From assembly GCA_963790475.1 (NCBI GenBank), contig CAWBOS010000010.1, positions 704,001-768,000 of the forward strand: a stretch of DNA of 64,000 nt, given 5' to 3'. The position numbers and the translations under genes were made by a program. This DNA comes from an uncultured delta proteobacterium (GTDB taxonomy: Bacteria; Desulfobacterota; RBG-13-43-22). The notes under the pieces were generated by a model. It did no database searches and had not been told where the DNA came from. It saw only the letters and a program-made list of their open reading frames with translations. Below, piece by piece: positions 18,695-28,680 of this stretch (position 1 is the stretch's first letter; each line of letters opens with the position of its first letter).

Positions 18695-21109
18695 ATGGGA
18701 ATGAAATTCAGGGAATTGACACCGGAAGAACTTCGGCGGACTTGCGATCCCGACAGCTTGGACTTTGAGACAACCGAGGAGTTGGCCGTTGGCCCGGATA
18801 AGGTAATTTCCCAGGACCGGGCTGTGCGGGCCATCCTGTTTGGCGTGGGGATGGACAGTTTGGATTATAATATCTATGTGGCCGGGCCGCCCAAAGCCGG
18901 GATGACTTATATCACCAGGACTTTGATCGAAGACATAGCCAGGGACAAGAATTCTCCTCCTGACTGGTGTTATATCCATAACTTTAAAGAACCGGATCGT
19001 CCGAAGACTTTATCCTTGCCCAGCGGCAAAGGAAAAGAATTAAAAAAGGATATTGAAGAACTGATCAGCGATTTACAACGCGATATTCCCGAGGTTTTTG
19101 AAAGTGAAGAATACGCCCAGAGGAAAGAGGAGTTTTTAAAAAAATTCAATTCAGAACGGGAGGCTATACTCAAGGCCCTGGAGGAAAAGGCCTTGGCCGA
19201 AGGATTCGTTTTAAATATCAGTCAGGTGGGGATGGTCATTATGCCGGCCAAAGACGGCCAACCCATGGATGAAGAGACCCTGAAATCCCTGAACGAGGAG
19301 GATAAAAAATTACTTAGGGAAAAAAGTGAAGGCCTCCAGGGGGAAATGAACCAGGTGGTTCGGACTATCAGGAACAATGAAAAGGACCTGAGAAAGAAAA
19401 TAAAGGACCTGGATAAGAGAATCGCCCTGTATGCGGTGGGACATCTGATAGAAGAATTACAGGAAAAATATAAAGATTTCTCCCAGGTCCTAAGATATTT
19501 GAAGGATATCAAAGATGACATCATCAAAAATATTGACGAGTTCAAGGCCAAACCACCGGCGGCCGGTTCGTTCCCCATGCCTTCCCTGGAACCTTCCCTG
19601 ATCCGATATCAGGTCAATGTTTTGATCGATAACACCGAAACCAAAGGGGCCCCGGTGGTTTTCGAAACCAATCCGACTTATCCCAACCTTTTCGGAACCA
19701 TTGAAAAACAAGCCCAATTCGGGGCCTTATTCACCGATTTCAGTATGATCCGGCCGGGCTCTTTACATCGGGCTAACGGGGGATTTCTGATTATTAAGGT
19801 TCTTGATCTCCTGCGCTGGTATTTTTCCTGGGAAGGTTTGAAGCGATCGCTAAAAACCGGGCAGATCCAGGTTGAAGATTTAGGGGAACAACTGAGTTTG
19901 ATCAGCACCAAGTCCTTGAAGCCGGAACCCATTCCTTTGAAAATCAAGATTCTGTTAATCGGGGAACCCTATATCTATCATCTTCTCTATGGCATGGACC
20001 AGGATTTTTCCAAGATGTTCAAGGTGAAGGCCGAATTGGACGATCAGATGGACCGGCAGGAGGCCCCCTTGAAGGATTATATCCATTATATGGCCCGTTG
20101 CTGCCGGGAGCGAAAACTTCTGCCCCTGCATAAAAGCGGGGCGGCCCGGTTGATTGAATACAGCTCGGAACTTACCGGAAGAAATTTCAAACTCTCCCTG
20201 CAATTGGCCGAAATTAACGATCTGATCCAAGAGGCCCATTACTGGGCAATACAGGGACAAAGTCTTTTGATCAAGGCCGAGCATGTGGAAAAGGCCGTCG
20301 AAGAAAAAATTTTTCGCTCTAATTTATATGAAGAAAAAATCCAGGAGATGATTGCTCTAGGGAATTACAAGATAGAAACCGAAGGATACCGGATGGGCCA
20401 GGTCAATGGGCTTTCCGTTTATCCCCTGGGCGATTATCAATTCGGCCGGCCTTCGCGGATAACCGCCAATTGTTCTCTGGGGAAAGACGGAGTGGTGGAT
20501 ATCGACCGGGAATCCAAGCTGAGTGGAAATATCCATACCAAAGGGGTGATGATTTTAAGCGGCTACTTGAGAGGGAAATATGCCTCTGATAAACCCTTAA
20601 GCCTTTCGGCCAGTATTGCCTTCGAACAAAGTTACGGGATGGTGGACGGGGACAGCGCCTCCGGGGCCGAACTGCTGGCCCTGCTGTCCGTTTTGGCCGA
20701 TACCCCTATTTTTCAGGGGATTGCCATAACCGGTTCAGTCAGCCAAAAAGGAGAGATCCAACCCATCGGCGGGGTCAATGAAAAGATTGAAGGATTTTTT
20801 GAAGTCTGTCGGGAAAAAGGGCTGACCGGAAAACAAGGGGTCATCATCCCGGAATCCAATGTCAAAGACCTGATGCTGAAAACCAAAGTGGTGGAAGCGG
20901 TCCGGGAAGGCCGGTTTCATATCTACCCCATCACCGACATTGAACAGGGCCTGGAAATATTAACCGGGAAAAAGGCCGGAAAGAAGAAAAAGGACGGCAC
21001 CTATCCTAAAAATACCCTGAACTGCAGGATTGAAGGCCAGCTCAATAAATTAAACGAAATTTCAAAAGAAGCAGGCGGTAAAGAAAAAGGGAACGAACCG
21101 AGACTTTGA
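18695..21109 (+). CDS. Lon-family protease (LonB/LonC type, AAA_32 plus S16 protease domain)
   Basis: ISQDRA, PGSLHRANGG, VDGDSAS Ser motif, GGVNEKIEGF; degenerate Walker A GPPKAGMT. Confidence 0.9.
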   Translation: MGMKFRELTPEELRRTCDPDSLDFETTEELAVGPDKVISQDRAVRAILFGVGMDSLDYNIYVAGPPKAGMTYITRTLIEDIARDKNSPPDWCYIHNFKEPDRPKTLSLPSGKGKELKKDIEELISDLQRDIPEVFESEEYAQRKEEFLKKFNSEREAILKALEEKALAEGFVLNISQVGMVIMPAKDGQPMDEETLKSLNEEDKKLLREKSEGLQGEMNQVVRTIRNNEKDLRKKIKDLDKRIALYAVGHLIEELQEKYKDFSQVLRYLKDIKDDIIKNIDEFKAKPPAAGSFPMPSLEPSLIRYQVNVLIDNTETKGAPVVFETNPTYPNLFGTIEKQAQFGALFTDFSMIRPGSLHRANGGFLIIKVLDLLRWYFSWEGLKRSLKTGQIQVEDLGEQLSLISTKSLKPEPIPLKIKILLIGEPYIYHLLYGMDQDFSKMFKVKAELDDQMDRQEAPLKDYIHYMARCCRERKLLPLHKSGAARLIEYSSELTGRNFKLSLQLAEINDLIQEAHYWAIQGQSLLIKAEHVEKAVEEKIFRSNLYEEKIQEMIALGNYKIETEGYRMGQVNGLSVYPLGDYQFGRPSRITANCSLGKDGVVDIDRESKLSGNIHTKGVMILSGYLRGKYASDKPLSLSASIAFEQSYGMVDGDSASGAELLALLSVLADTPIFQGIAITGSVSQKGEIQPIGGVNEKIEGFFEVCREKGLTGKQGVIIPESNVKDLMLKTKVVEAVREGRFHIYPITDIEQGLEILTGKKAGKKKKDGTYPKNTLNCRIEGQLNKLNEISKEAGGKEKGNEPRL

Positions 21110-21653
21110 GGGCTTCCCTTTGAACCCTCTATAGTATGTTGGGAGTAAGCACAGTGACGGTCTATAAGTGGGAGAATAACCGGAATCCCCCTTCCCTCCG
21201 TCAAAGGAGTACGTTTATTCGTAAGTTCCTGGTCTTGAAGGGAGAAAGTGGAGGCGAATTTTGGTTTGAAAGTCAGGAAAGATATCTGGTTACCGACTTG
21301 GTATTAGTCCCTGCGGGAGAAAGGAGTCGGAGTTGTCAACGATGCATTCGATTTCCGGCAGCTCATCCGATATTCAATCATCACCATCCTGCCTACAGAT
21401 AATGAAGAGCGTTAGAAATCTCTTTTATCCCCGGTGGGTTATAGGCCAGGAAAGCCACTTGATCCCTGGACGAAGACCCAAGTAATAGAGGCTTTTGGTT
21501 AAGACTCTCGCCTTTGGTGCGGTTCTCCGAAATTGAGGGATCGTTCAAAACAGCGCTTATTTCAAGAACAGTCTTGATTTCCTTATTGAGCAACACTTTC
21601 TCAAAATGAATGAAATTCTAAAAGAGGCGGGAGGAAAAGGAAGGCAGGGAGCA

Positions 21654-21693
21654 AAGTCAAACGGCTGGTCAATTACGGCCAGTCGTTTGACTT
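21654..21693 (-). terminator. stem-loop after the pilin cassette
   Basis: AAGTCAAACGGCTGGTC ... GGCCAGTCGTTTGACTT. Confidence 0.6.
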
Positions 21694-21720
21694 AACGGAG
21701 GAGAAAAAGGATCTTATGAA

Positions 21721-23502
21721 TTATGAATCGCTTTCACGAACGAGAGTCCATATACCTCTGTAGAGAAACTGCACTTGGGGAGTTCCTGGAGGCATATTGT
21801 AAATATCCATGTTATAAGTCCAGGTACGATTCGGGGGCTTATAATAGGAGTTAGAGTCGTTGTACTGTCTGTACCATCCAGTAGCCAGCCGGCTTTGCCA
21901 CAGGCAGACTACAGATCCGGCGTAGATGAAATCATTGCCGTTCCAACTTTCCAGAAACCTGATTAAGTTGTGCACACCCCCGCTGTAATGGCTGGGAGAT
22001 TCGCCGGTGGGTACATCGCCGGTCATAATAGCCGTATTGACGGTTGTATCGGAGGCCGGCCGCGCCGAAGGTTTTGTAGGATCAACTAGCGAGGAGGCAT
22101 CATAAGCGGATGTCCAGTTATCGGAAAGAATGGTCACCGAATCGGCAGCAACGGCAGCGGCGATCGGGGGAGAGGTACTGTTATAATTTCCTCTTATATA
22201 CAAGGGATTTTCTGTGGCTACCGTAAAACCGGTTGTACCGTTCGAGGGAAGGGTGGCCCCATTAGTCAATCTTACGGCAGTGAGGGGGTCGGTTGTCTTA
22301 GGGGCTGAAATATAAAGAATGCCGGGTTGCCCTCCACTCAACGGATGATATAAGGCATTATTAACGGCGCAGGCCGTATTGGCCAGGTTGCCGATATCCA
22401 ACTCAATGATATTCACATACACACCGTCCGCATCATCTATGTTTCCCGTACCCCGGCCGTCCCTCATCTTATTGGCGGTATAGGGTACATTTACGATATT
22501 AGTCGCACATCCGCTGGTTGGAAGTAAGGTGGTCCCGCCATTGGCGTACCATCCATTGGCAGCATTTCCCTCCCCTAAAAACTTATATATGACCGCAGCG
22601 TTGAAGTAAAAACTCTGGGTATCTGATGTGTTCCCATCTTTGATCAGAAGCCAGGGATTGCCGGGGTCAGCGAGAGGAGGCGTTATCGGCTGAAGAGGGG
22701 GGGTAGTGTTATTCAGGTCCAGAACTCTTCCATTCCAATCTGCCAGAGATTTGGCTTTCCAGTTGGAGTCTTCAGTATCATAGGTCATGTTTTTTTTCTG
22801 ACCTTTTCCATTATCAATCTTAATGGGTCCGTGATTGGGTTGATGGCCGGCCGGGTCTCCCGGGGCCCGATGGTTATGAAGTCCCCCGGCAGAGGTTACG
22901 GGGTCATTCAAGGTCAGATCTGCCGGGTCCATGAAGATTTTTGAGTTGGAATGAACACGCCCGTTGACGGTCATAGCTGTGGCGGAATTAATCTCCAGGT
23001 TCCCCTGGTAGAATATGGCAAACTGAAAGATCGGGATAAGTTGATCGTCAATCACACCCTTTGTGGTTGCCGTTGCCGGTCCATAGATTGAGTCGGCCTT
23101 GGATGTCAGGTTATAACTCCGGATGTTACCGTTAAGACCGGCAAAAGGTCCTTTGGTAACCAGCTTGTTTTCCATCGGACCTGCCGGGACTGCCGAAAGA
23201 GCTACGTTAAACTCCGGGAGAACCAGATTTTGGAGAATTATAGTGTCCGGTTGACTGGATTGGTTGGCCAGCATATAATAGATCTGAGTCATGGCTGAGT
23301 CATAACCGGCTTCGGCGGCCTGGAAGGCATCCTTGATAGCCTTGTGAGCAACAGTCGTTTTGGATTCTAAAAGGGATAGTTGCAGAGAAGCTAATCCAAT
23401 CAGGGAAAGGATTACCAGGATGATTAGGGAAATGATAAGAACGCTTCCCCGGTTACCAGAAATCTTTGACTGATCTTTTAAGCGGTTACCGGATCCTTTC
23501 AT
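21721..23502 (-). CDS. pilX: PilX-like minor pilin with a large C-terminal domain (cassette A)
   Basis: RG|SVLIISL prepilin site lacking Glu5; AFQAAEAG PilX_N motif; Asn/Gly/Thr-rich C-terminus. Confidence 0.8.
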   Translation of the reverse strand: MKGSGNRLKDQSKISGNRGSVLIISLIILVILSLIGLASLQLSLLESKTTVAHKAIKDAFQAAEAGYDSAMTQIYYMLANQSSQPDTIILQNLVLPEFNVALSAVPAGPMENKLVTKGPFAGLNGNIRSYNLTSKADSIYGPATATTKGVIDDQLIPIFQFAIFYQGNLEINSATAMTVNGRVHSNSKIFMDPADLTLNDPVTSAGGLHNHRAPGDPAGHQPNHGPIKIDNGKGQKKNMTYDTEDSNWKAKSLADWNGRVLDLNNTTPPLQPITPPLADPGNPWLLIKDGNTSDTQSFYFNAAVIYKFLGEGNAANGWYANGGTTLLPTSGCATNIVNVPYTANKMRDGRGTGNIDDADGVYVNIIELDIGNLANTACAVNNALYHPLSGGQPGILYISAPKTTDPLTAVRLTNGATLPSNGTTGFTVATENPLYIRGNYNSTSPPIAAAVAADSVTILSDNWTSAYDASSLVDPTKPSARPASDTTVNTAIMTGDVPTGESPSHYSGGVHNLIRFLESWNGNDFIYAGSVVCLWQSRLATGWYRQYNDSNSYYKPPNRTWTYNMDIYNMPPGTPQVQFLYRGIWTLVRESDS

Positions 23503-23692
23503 CTCTTTATCTCCTTAACTCGGCTAAATGCTTTTTCATCCGGGAAAGTATTTCCAGGATGAGAGTTATTGTCGACTGTCTTTTACCCCTCAGTAAAAAT
23601 CATAAAATATAATGGTTAAGCTGACCACTTAAGGCTAATCGCTGATTGTCCCATCCGGAGATCGGTATTTTCGGATGGAGACTACCGGGTAA

Positions 23693-24652
23693 TTAATTAA
23701 ATAAATTTCTAACCATAACTGTACTGGAAAGCAATCGTCTCCTGTATTGATCCGTCGTGCCCGCATCTCGGTCCTCTATATTCGGCCTTTTTCCTGAGAA
23801 TTGGGGGTCTATGTCTTTTGCCCGGGCAAGAATATTCACCCGGACATCTCTGATATTTGCATTATTGAAGGTCGTAGGTAAATTATTACCGGGAACACAA
23901 TACCAAACTCCCGAAGGGGTGGTGTTATCTCGATAAGCCAGCTGCAGGTCTTCAATATCCGTAGCAATGTTTTGAAAAGTCCCGTCCCCTTGTTCCAGTT
24001 GCAGGACCGGATGTCTGGGGTCTGAAGTGTTGTCGATTCTGTAAGTCAACAGTTTGACCCGAGTAACCTGGGACCCTTTGGGAAACCCTGCGGTTGGGTA
24101 AAGATTGATGGAATTGGGAGGATTGACAGTGGCCCCTGCCGCGTGCAGAAGGTCTGCACCGTTGATGCTGGTTACCTGAAGGAGCGCGGCACTGGATCCG
24201 ACAGAAATCATAATAATATCACCGTACCGAAATTTTCCTATATCAGCTGGTTGAATAGATATCGGTATAGAGTCATTGGAATTGGCCAAGGCAGCAGTGG
24301 TGGTAGTTGAAAGCGAAGGCTGGTTATCTGCATATAATATCCTTATCTGGTCGGATAGTGTGGCGCTGTTGGCAGGTGTTATGGCAAAAATGTTCTCTTG
24401 GTCCCCTTTTGCTTTGTTGTAGAAACTGACGCCGACTTGGGGTATTTGAAACCCAGCCATCCGAAGGTCCATTACTAGGCTGTCCAGGGAGATTTTGGCA
24501 TTCCGCTGCATTTCAGTTACCAGATTCTGGTTGGCATACGACTTGTTTTGGACAATGAACATACCTATAATTGCCGTGGTAACCAGCCCGCCTAGTAATA
24601 AAGCAACTAGGATTTCTACCAGGGTAAAACCATTTTTTCGGTTCAGTTTCAT
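23693..24652 (-). CDS. pilW: PilW-like minor pilin (cassette A)
   Basis: G|FTLVEILVA; MQRNAK...DLRMAGF; IEDLQLAY. Confidence 0.85.
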   Translation of the reverse strand: MKLNRKNGFTLVEILVALLLGGLVTTAIIGMFIVQNKSYANQNLVTEMQRNAKISLDSLVMDLRMAGFQIPQVGVSFYNKAKGDQENIFAITPANSATLSDQIRILYADNQPSLSTTTTAALANSNDSIPISIQPADIGKFRYGDIIMISVGSSAALLQVTSINGADLLHAAGATVNPPNSINLYPTAGFPKGSQVTRVKLLTYRIDNTSDPRHPVLQLEQGDGTFQNIATDIEDLQLAYRDNTTPSGVWYCVPGNNLPTTFNNANIRDVRVNILARAKDIDPQFSGKRPNIEDRDAGTTDQYRRRLLSSTVMVRNLFN

Positions 24653-24666
24653 TTTTGCACCTGTTA

Positions 24667-25062
24667 CTAAGAAACATCATATTTAAAATTAGAAATATTC
24701 GTCTGTAGCTTGTATGACTTGCCGCTCGGGCAGGTCACCGTCACAATCACCTGTCTGGTCATGGAATTAAGAGGGGTTATGGTCCAGCTCCTCGTGTAGG
24801 GCCCTTTACTATCACTCCCGTTAGCCAGATCGGCGAAATGGTCCAAGGCGTTCCGTTTTATATCTTCTAATCTATCCTGGGCCAGGTTTAGAGCTTCCGT
24901 TTTCTGACTGATATTAGCATTATTTTTAATAGCCATAATCTGCATCATCGATATGGCCAGAAGACCGATTAAAACAATTAACATGGCCATAATGACTTCG
25001 ACCAGGGTAAACCCTTTATTATTCCTGATGAGGTTTCCTGTGTTCATAATATAATTGATCAA
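24667..25062 (-). CDS. pilV: PilV-like minor pilin (cassette A)
   Basis: G|FTLVEVIMA; ALNLAQDRLE; YTRSWTI. Confidence 0.85.
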   Translation of the reverse strand: MINYIMNTGNLIRNNKGFTLVEVIMAMLIVLIGLLAISMMQIMAIKNNANISQKTEALNLAQDRLEDIKRNALDHFADLANGSDSKGPYTRSWTITPLNSMTRQVIVTVTCPSGKSYKLQTNISNFKYDVS

Positions 25063-25077
25063 CTTCCCTCCTTTATT

Positions 25078-25698
25078 TTACCCGCTTGAGGTTGTGATGC
25101 TGATCCCCCCTCCTTCGGATACATTAACCGTACTGATTTTCCCCTTTGAATTTTTCAGGGTAACCGATCCGGAACCGTAAGACGAACCGATCCTAATGGA
25201 AAGCCCACGGGAATTAAATCCGCATTTTGTAGCGCCTCCCGTATTATTAAAAATCGCGTTGTTAATAGTGACTGAAGGGTAATCCTCCATGTTCATTCTA
25301 TAAACGGTTTCTTCATTCGCTTCTTTCTGCCAGTTCTTTGCTGTTCCGCTCCCGTTGGCACCATCATCGACAAAGGCCACTATGCTCTGGGGAGAACTCA
25401 TAATGACTTCTACAACACAATTGGCATTGCGGCTAATGGCTGTTGTTCTGGCCAATTGAATGGTTGCCGCCAGTTCATTGGCCGCATTTCTAATCCGATA
25501 ATTACTCAACATAGTGGACATAGTGGGAGCGGCGATTAGAGAAATGATCCCAATGAGGGCAATAACAATTATCAGCTCAAGGAGGGAATAACCCCTTGAG
25601 TCGGGGTTGTTAAAGATTTGTGGCTTTCTTCGGAAGGGAAAATTTCCTGCAGGATTTTTGGAAGAATAAAACTTCTGATTTTTAAATAGAGTTTTCAT
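25078..25698 (-). CDS. fimT: FimT/FimU (GspH-like) minor pilin (cassette A)
   Basis: G|YSLLELIIV; IQLARTTAI; FNSRG; start taken as the ATG directly after the riboswitch. Confidence 0.8.
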   Translation of the reverse strand: MKTLFKNQKFYSSKNPAGNFPFRRKPQIFNNPDSRGYSLLELIIVIALIGIISLIAAPTMSTMLSNYRIRNAANELAATIQLARTTAISRNANCVVEVIMSSPQSIVAFVDDGANGSGTAKNWQKEANEETVYRMNMEDYPSVTINNAIFNNTGGATKCGFNSRGLSIRIGSSYGSGSVTLKNSKGKISTVNVSEGGGISITTSSG

Positions 25699-25788
25699 AA
25701 CTGGGAAAACAGCCACCCTTCCGGTCATTTCGGGTCTGTTTCTTTGCGTCCCAGCCTTTCGTCTGGTTTGCCTTTTTCAGTTTTGAAA
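25693..25788 (-). ncRNA. c-di-GMP-I (GEMM) riboswitch
   Basis: minus strand CTGAAAAAGGCAAACCAGACGAAAGGCTGGGACGCAAAG-P3-CCCAG; GAAA tetraloop, G20/A47/C92 equivalents present. Confidence 0.9.
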
Positions 25789-25846
25789 ATTAAGCAATTT
25801 ATTTTAAAAAAAAATAACTTACTTCAATTTATTGAGTTCAATAAAC

Positions 25847-27070
25847 CTATTGATAGATTTGCTTCCATGAAGTCTTAACAAAAGGAAGCTTTTGCAGGGC
25901 GTTATTTTCTGAAGACAAAACCTTATCTATGTCGGAAGTTCCACCACCGGAAGTATCCCAGGTAGGAATTCCCCACTTATTGTCGGCTGTGGTGTTGATA
26001 TTTCCATCATCGCCGGCAATATTGGCAACATATACCCCTCCGGTAATATTCCCGTTTCCGGCCCCAGACCTGGTTAAGCTGCCCTTTCCGATGACGAGAA
26101 TGATACCATCATAATCAATGTTTCCATTAAAGACCAGGTTTCCCGTGACTAAGAGTATTCCAGCTCCGGTTGTTCCTCCTGGGACGGTGTAGTTTCCGTC
26201 AATTACTACCACTTTTGGATCGGAAACTGTCCCCAACGTGAATCCTGGATTTGAAGGGGAACTGAAATCAGCCATCCACTTTAAATTCTGATAAAAGGTT
26301 TGCAGTTTGGATAGGTCACCCCAGAGGCCATCAAAAGTCATGTTTACCACAGAAGGCGTTTTGGGAGTTGTTGTTCCGTCATATCCCAAGCCTTGATAAT
26401 TATCTAGTCGACCTGATGGGATTCCAGCAATGGCCGAAGTTCGAGAGGTAGTTGAATTGACGGCTATGGCTGGATAGTCATACCCATTGGCTTCTGAGGC
26501 ATTGCTGTTGCCAGCATGAAAAATAACGTCAGGCCCCGGCATAGTAATGGCGCCAGGAAGATTAGGGATGTTCCTTATAACTATTGTCTGAATAACAACC
26601 CGGGAATTATCTGGACCGTAACCAAAAGAAGTCAAGGTTACCTGGGAATTAGTGTCTGTGAGAGAAGTCACTCCGCCGGAGGGTTCGTTGTCATTGGTTA
26701 AATATACCATGTAGCGTCCATTCCCCATAGTAGTATTGATAAAGGGGGAATCATCATTATCGGTACCTGAAAAATTGGCCACATTGGTGCTATCCGTAAG
26801 AACCCCGTTCTCCCCCCTCACCGAAAAAAGCTCTGCAGAAACAGTGCTTCCCCCCTCTATCCGACTCCGAAGCAGCTCACGGGCTGCTTCAATCCCTGCT
26901 TCGGCCATATAGAAGGCTTGTTTGGAGGTCCGGGTGTTGCCGGTTATTTTTGCCCCAATCGTGGTGACATTGACGGCAATAATGCCGATAACCGAGAGGA
27001 CCACTAACATAAGGATGGCGGTGATCAGGGCAATCCCTTTTTGGGTTTTTATTAAAATGGGCTTCATCAT
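25847..27070 (-). CDS. pilX: PilX-like minor pilin with a Gly-rich C-terminal domain (cassette B)
   Basis: KG|IALITAI; AFYMAEAGIE; GAGILLVTGNL beta-repeat-like region. Confidence 0.82.
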   Translation of the reverse strand: MMKPILIKTQKGIALITAILMLVVLSVIGIIAVNVTTIGAKITGNTRTSKQAFYMAEAGIEAARELLRSRIEGGSTVSAELFSVRGENGVLTDSTNVANFSGTDNDDSPFINTTMGNGRYMVYLTNDNEPSGGVTSLTDTNSQVTLTSFGYGPDNSRVVIQTIVIRNIPNLPGAITMPGPDVIFHAGNSNASEANGYDYPAIAVNSTTSRTSAIAGIPSGRLDNYQGLGYDGTTTPKTPSVVNMTFDGLWGDLSKLQTFYQNLKWMADFSSPSNPGFTLGTVSDPKVVVIDGNYTVPGGTTGAGILLVTGNLVFNGNIDYDGIILVIGKGSLTRSGAGNGNITGGVYVANIAGDDGNINTTADNKWGIPTWDTSGGGTSDIDKVLSSENNALQKLPFVKTSWKQIYQ

Positions 27071-27077
27071 TATTCTC

Positions 27078-27644
27078 CTAGTTCCTCCTCTTCACCGAGG
27101 AGGTGGTACTGAAACTGCGGTACCCTTTGGTATTCGGATCGATCGTGGATGTCTGGGCCGTTAGGGTGATGTCTATTCTTTGAACACTGGCCAATAAATT
27201 GGTAGTGGCGTTGTTGGCATCAAATCCCGTAAAGCTGACCGCCGTGATATGATCGGCTAGGGGCTGCCTGTCCTCGGTTCCTACGGCGGCGCTGCTGAAC
27301 CGGAGGATATTATCCGTAGAACTCCAGGAAAAGATCCGGGATACCGTAGGGTCGGTGTCAGTCATAGAGGTAAATTGGATTATATCTCCACTGGTAGCAC
27401 AAGTCGTGCTTGTATTAGACATGCAATTCAAAGAACTCATATTCCTAAGTTCCCGAACCATAAAATCCATAGCCGACCGGGCGTTTTGCTGCATTTCCAC
27501 TTCCAGGTCCTGGGATATCTGTGATTTATTAGCGCTCATAACAAGGCTGTATATAGCCGTAAGAATAACCCCCAATATGGCCATTACAACCAGGAGTTCA
27601 ACCAGACTGAATCCTTTGCTGTTGTTTTTGATTTTCCTAGTCAT
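27078..27644 (-). CDS. pilW: PilW-like minor pilin (cassette B)
   Basis: G|FSLVELLVV; MQQNARSAMDFMVRELR. Confidence 0.85.
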   Translation of the reverse strand: MTRKIKNNSKGFSLVELLVVMAILGVILTAIYSLVMSANKSQISQDLEVEMQQNARSAMDFMVRELRNMSSLNCMSNTSTTCATSGDIIQFTSMTDTDPTVSRIFSWSSTDNILRFSSAAVGTEDRQPLADHITAVSFTGFDANNATTNLLASVQRIDITLTAQTSTIDPNTKGYRSFSTTSSVKRRN

Positions 27645-27645
27645 C

Positions 27646-28089
27646 TCAGCGTGAAATCACTGTTTGATAAGTGGCATTATGAGTTTGTCCCTTTAATGTC
27701 CAGGAGACATTGACTGTTACCTGTTTCATAAATCCGGACCCTGAATAGGAATAGGGGGGGGTATAGGGTTGAACAGTCCAGGAGCGTGAAAAAATACCTC
27801 CAGATTGCCCCTGGCCATTGATGGGATTATTCGGATCCGGTGTAGTGCCGATCACCAGGGAAGCAAAAGGAGTATTTTTTAATTGTTCCATCCTGGTTTC
27901 AGCCAAAAAGATGGCCCTGGTCATTTCTTTGGAATCGGAATTGCCCCGAATGGCCATCCACTGTAGGTTGATCAAGGCCAGCAGACCTACGGACAGGATG
28001 ACTATGGCTATTACAATCTCAACCAAAGTAAATCCCTGTTTGTTTTTTAGGGGAAGTGCTTTCATGTCGATGTGATCCTGCCGGTCCAT
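27646..28089 (-). CDS. pilV: PilV-like minor pilin (cassette B)
   Basis: G|FTLVEIVIA; AIFLAETRMEQL; FSRSWTV. Confidence 0.85.
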   Translation of the reverse strand: MDRQDHIDMKALPLKNKQGFTLVEIVIAIVILSVGLLALINLQWMAIRGNSDSKEMTRAIFLAETRMEQLKNTPFASLVIGTTPDPNNPINGQGQSGGIFSRSWTVQPYTPPYSYSGSGFMKQVTVNVSWTLKGQTHNATYQTVISR

Positions 28090-28583
28090 AAGGTGGTCAC
28101 GTATTTTGAAGTGTTCGTCCCTTGGACGGTAATGGAGGGATTTTGATTATTTTGGGTTATGCCGGTGGACAAGAAGGTAATATTATTCCCGCCGGTTGTT
28201 AATAACGTTATGGTCGGATAGTCCTGGGTTAAATTTCGGGTAAAGATTGTGCTTCCGGCCTGGGAGAAACTGTAACTGGTTGCGCTGTCAAAGGTCACGG
28301 TTACAGTTTGATTTGTTTTTATGGCTGTCATTTTGGCACTCTGCAAATCCTCCCAGACCAGACGGGTGGCCCCGTTTAAGCGGTAATGTGCGATCCAAAT
28401 ATTGGTTTGAGGGACAGCGATGCCGGTTAAAATTCCGATAATAGCTATAGCAATGAGTATTTCGACGAGAGAATAACCTTTTTTATTGGACACCCAGGTG
28501 GCAGTTACCTTACGCAGAAGGGAATAAGGGAAGGGGGAAAATATTGATCGTAATACTTTTTCAATGAAAATTTCCTGTTTCAT
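28062..28583 (-). CDS. fimT: FimT/FimU (GspH-like) minor pilin (cassette B)
   Basis: G|YSLVEILIA; DLQSAKMTAI; start taken as the ATG directly after the riboswitch. Confidence 0.8.
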   Translation of the reverse strand: MKQEIFIEKVLRSIFSPFPYSLLRKVTATWVSNKKGYSLVEILIAIAIIGILTGIAVPQTNIWIAHYRLNGATRLVWEDLQSAKMTAIKTNQTVTVTFDSATSYSFSQAGSTIFTRNLTQDYPTITLLTTGGNNITFLSTGITQNNQNPSITVQGTNTSKYVTTLWTGRITST

Positions 28584-28678
28584 AACCGGCGGATCAGCCA
28601 CCCTTTCAATGAGATCGAAATCGGGTCTGTATCTTTGCGTCCCAGCCTTACGGTTTGGTTTGCCTTTTTCAGTTTTTA
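28581..28678 (-). ncRNA. c-di-GMP-I (GEMM) riboswitch
   Basis: minus strand CTGAAAAAGGCAAACCAAACCGTAAGGCTGGGACGCAAAG-P3-GCCGG; GNRA loop GTAA, G20 present. Confidence 0.9.
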
Positions 28679-28680
28679 TT

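Noticed and set aside
21136-21600. XRE-like fragment (LGVSTVTVYKWENNR) and short ORFs between the protease and pilX
   Set aside because: Only half an HTH and no coherent ORF; at most a decayed remnant.
25693-28678. cGAMP-sensing (GEMM-Ib) riboswitch assignment
   Set aside because: Both aptamers have G at the position-20 equivalent (GGCAAACC), the c-di-GMP signature.
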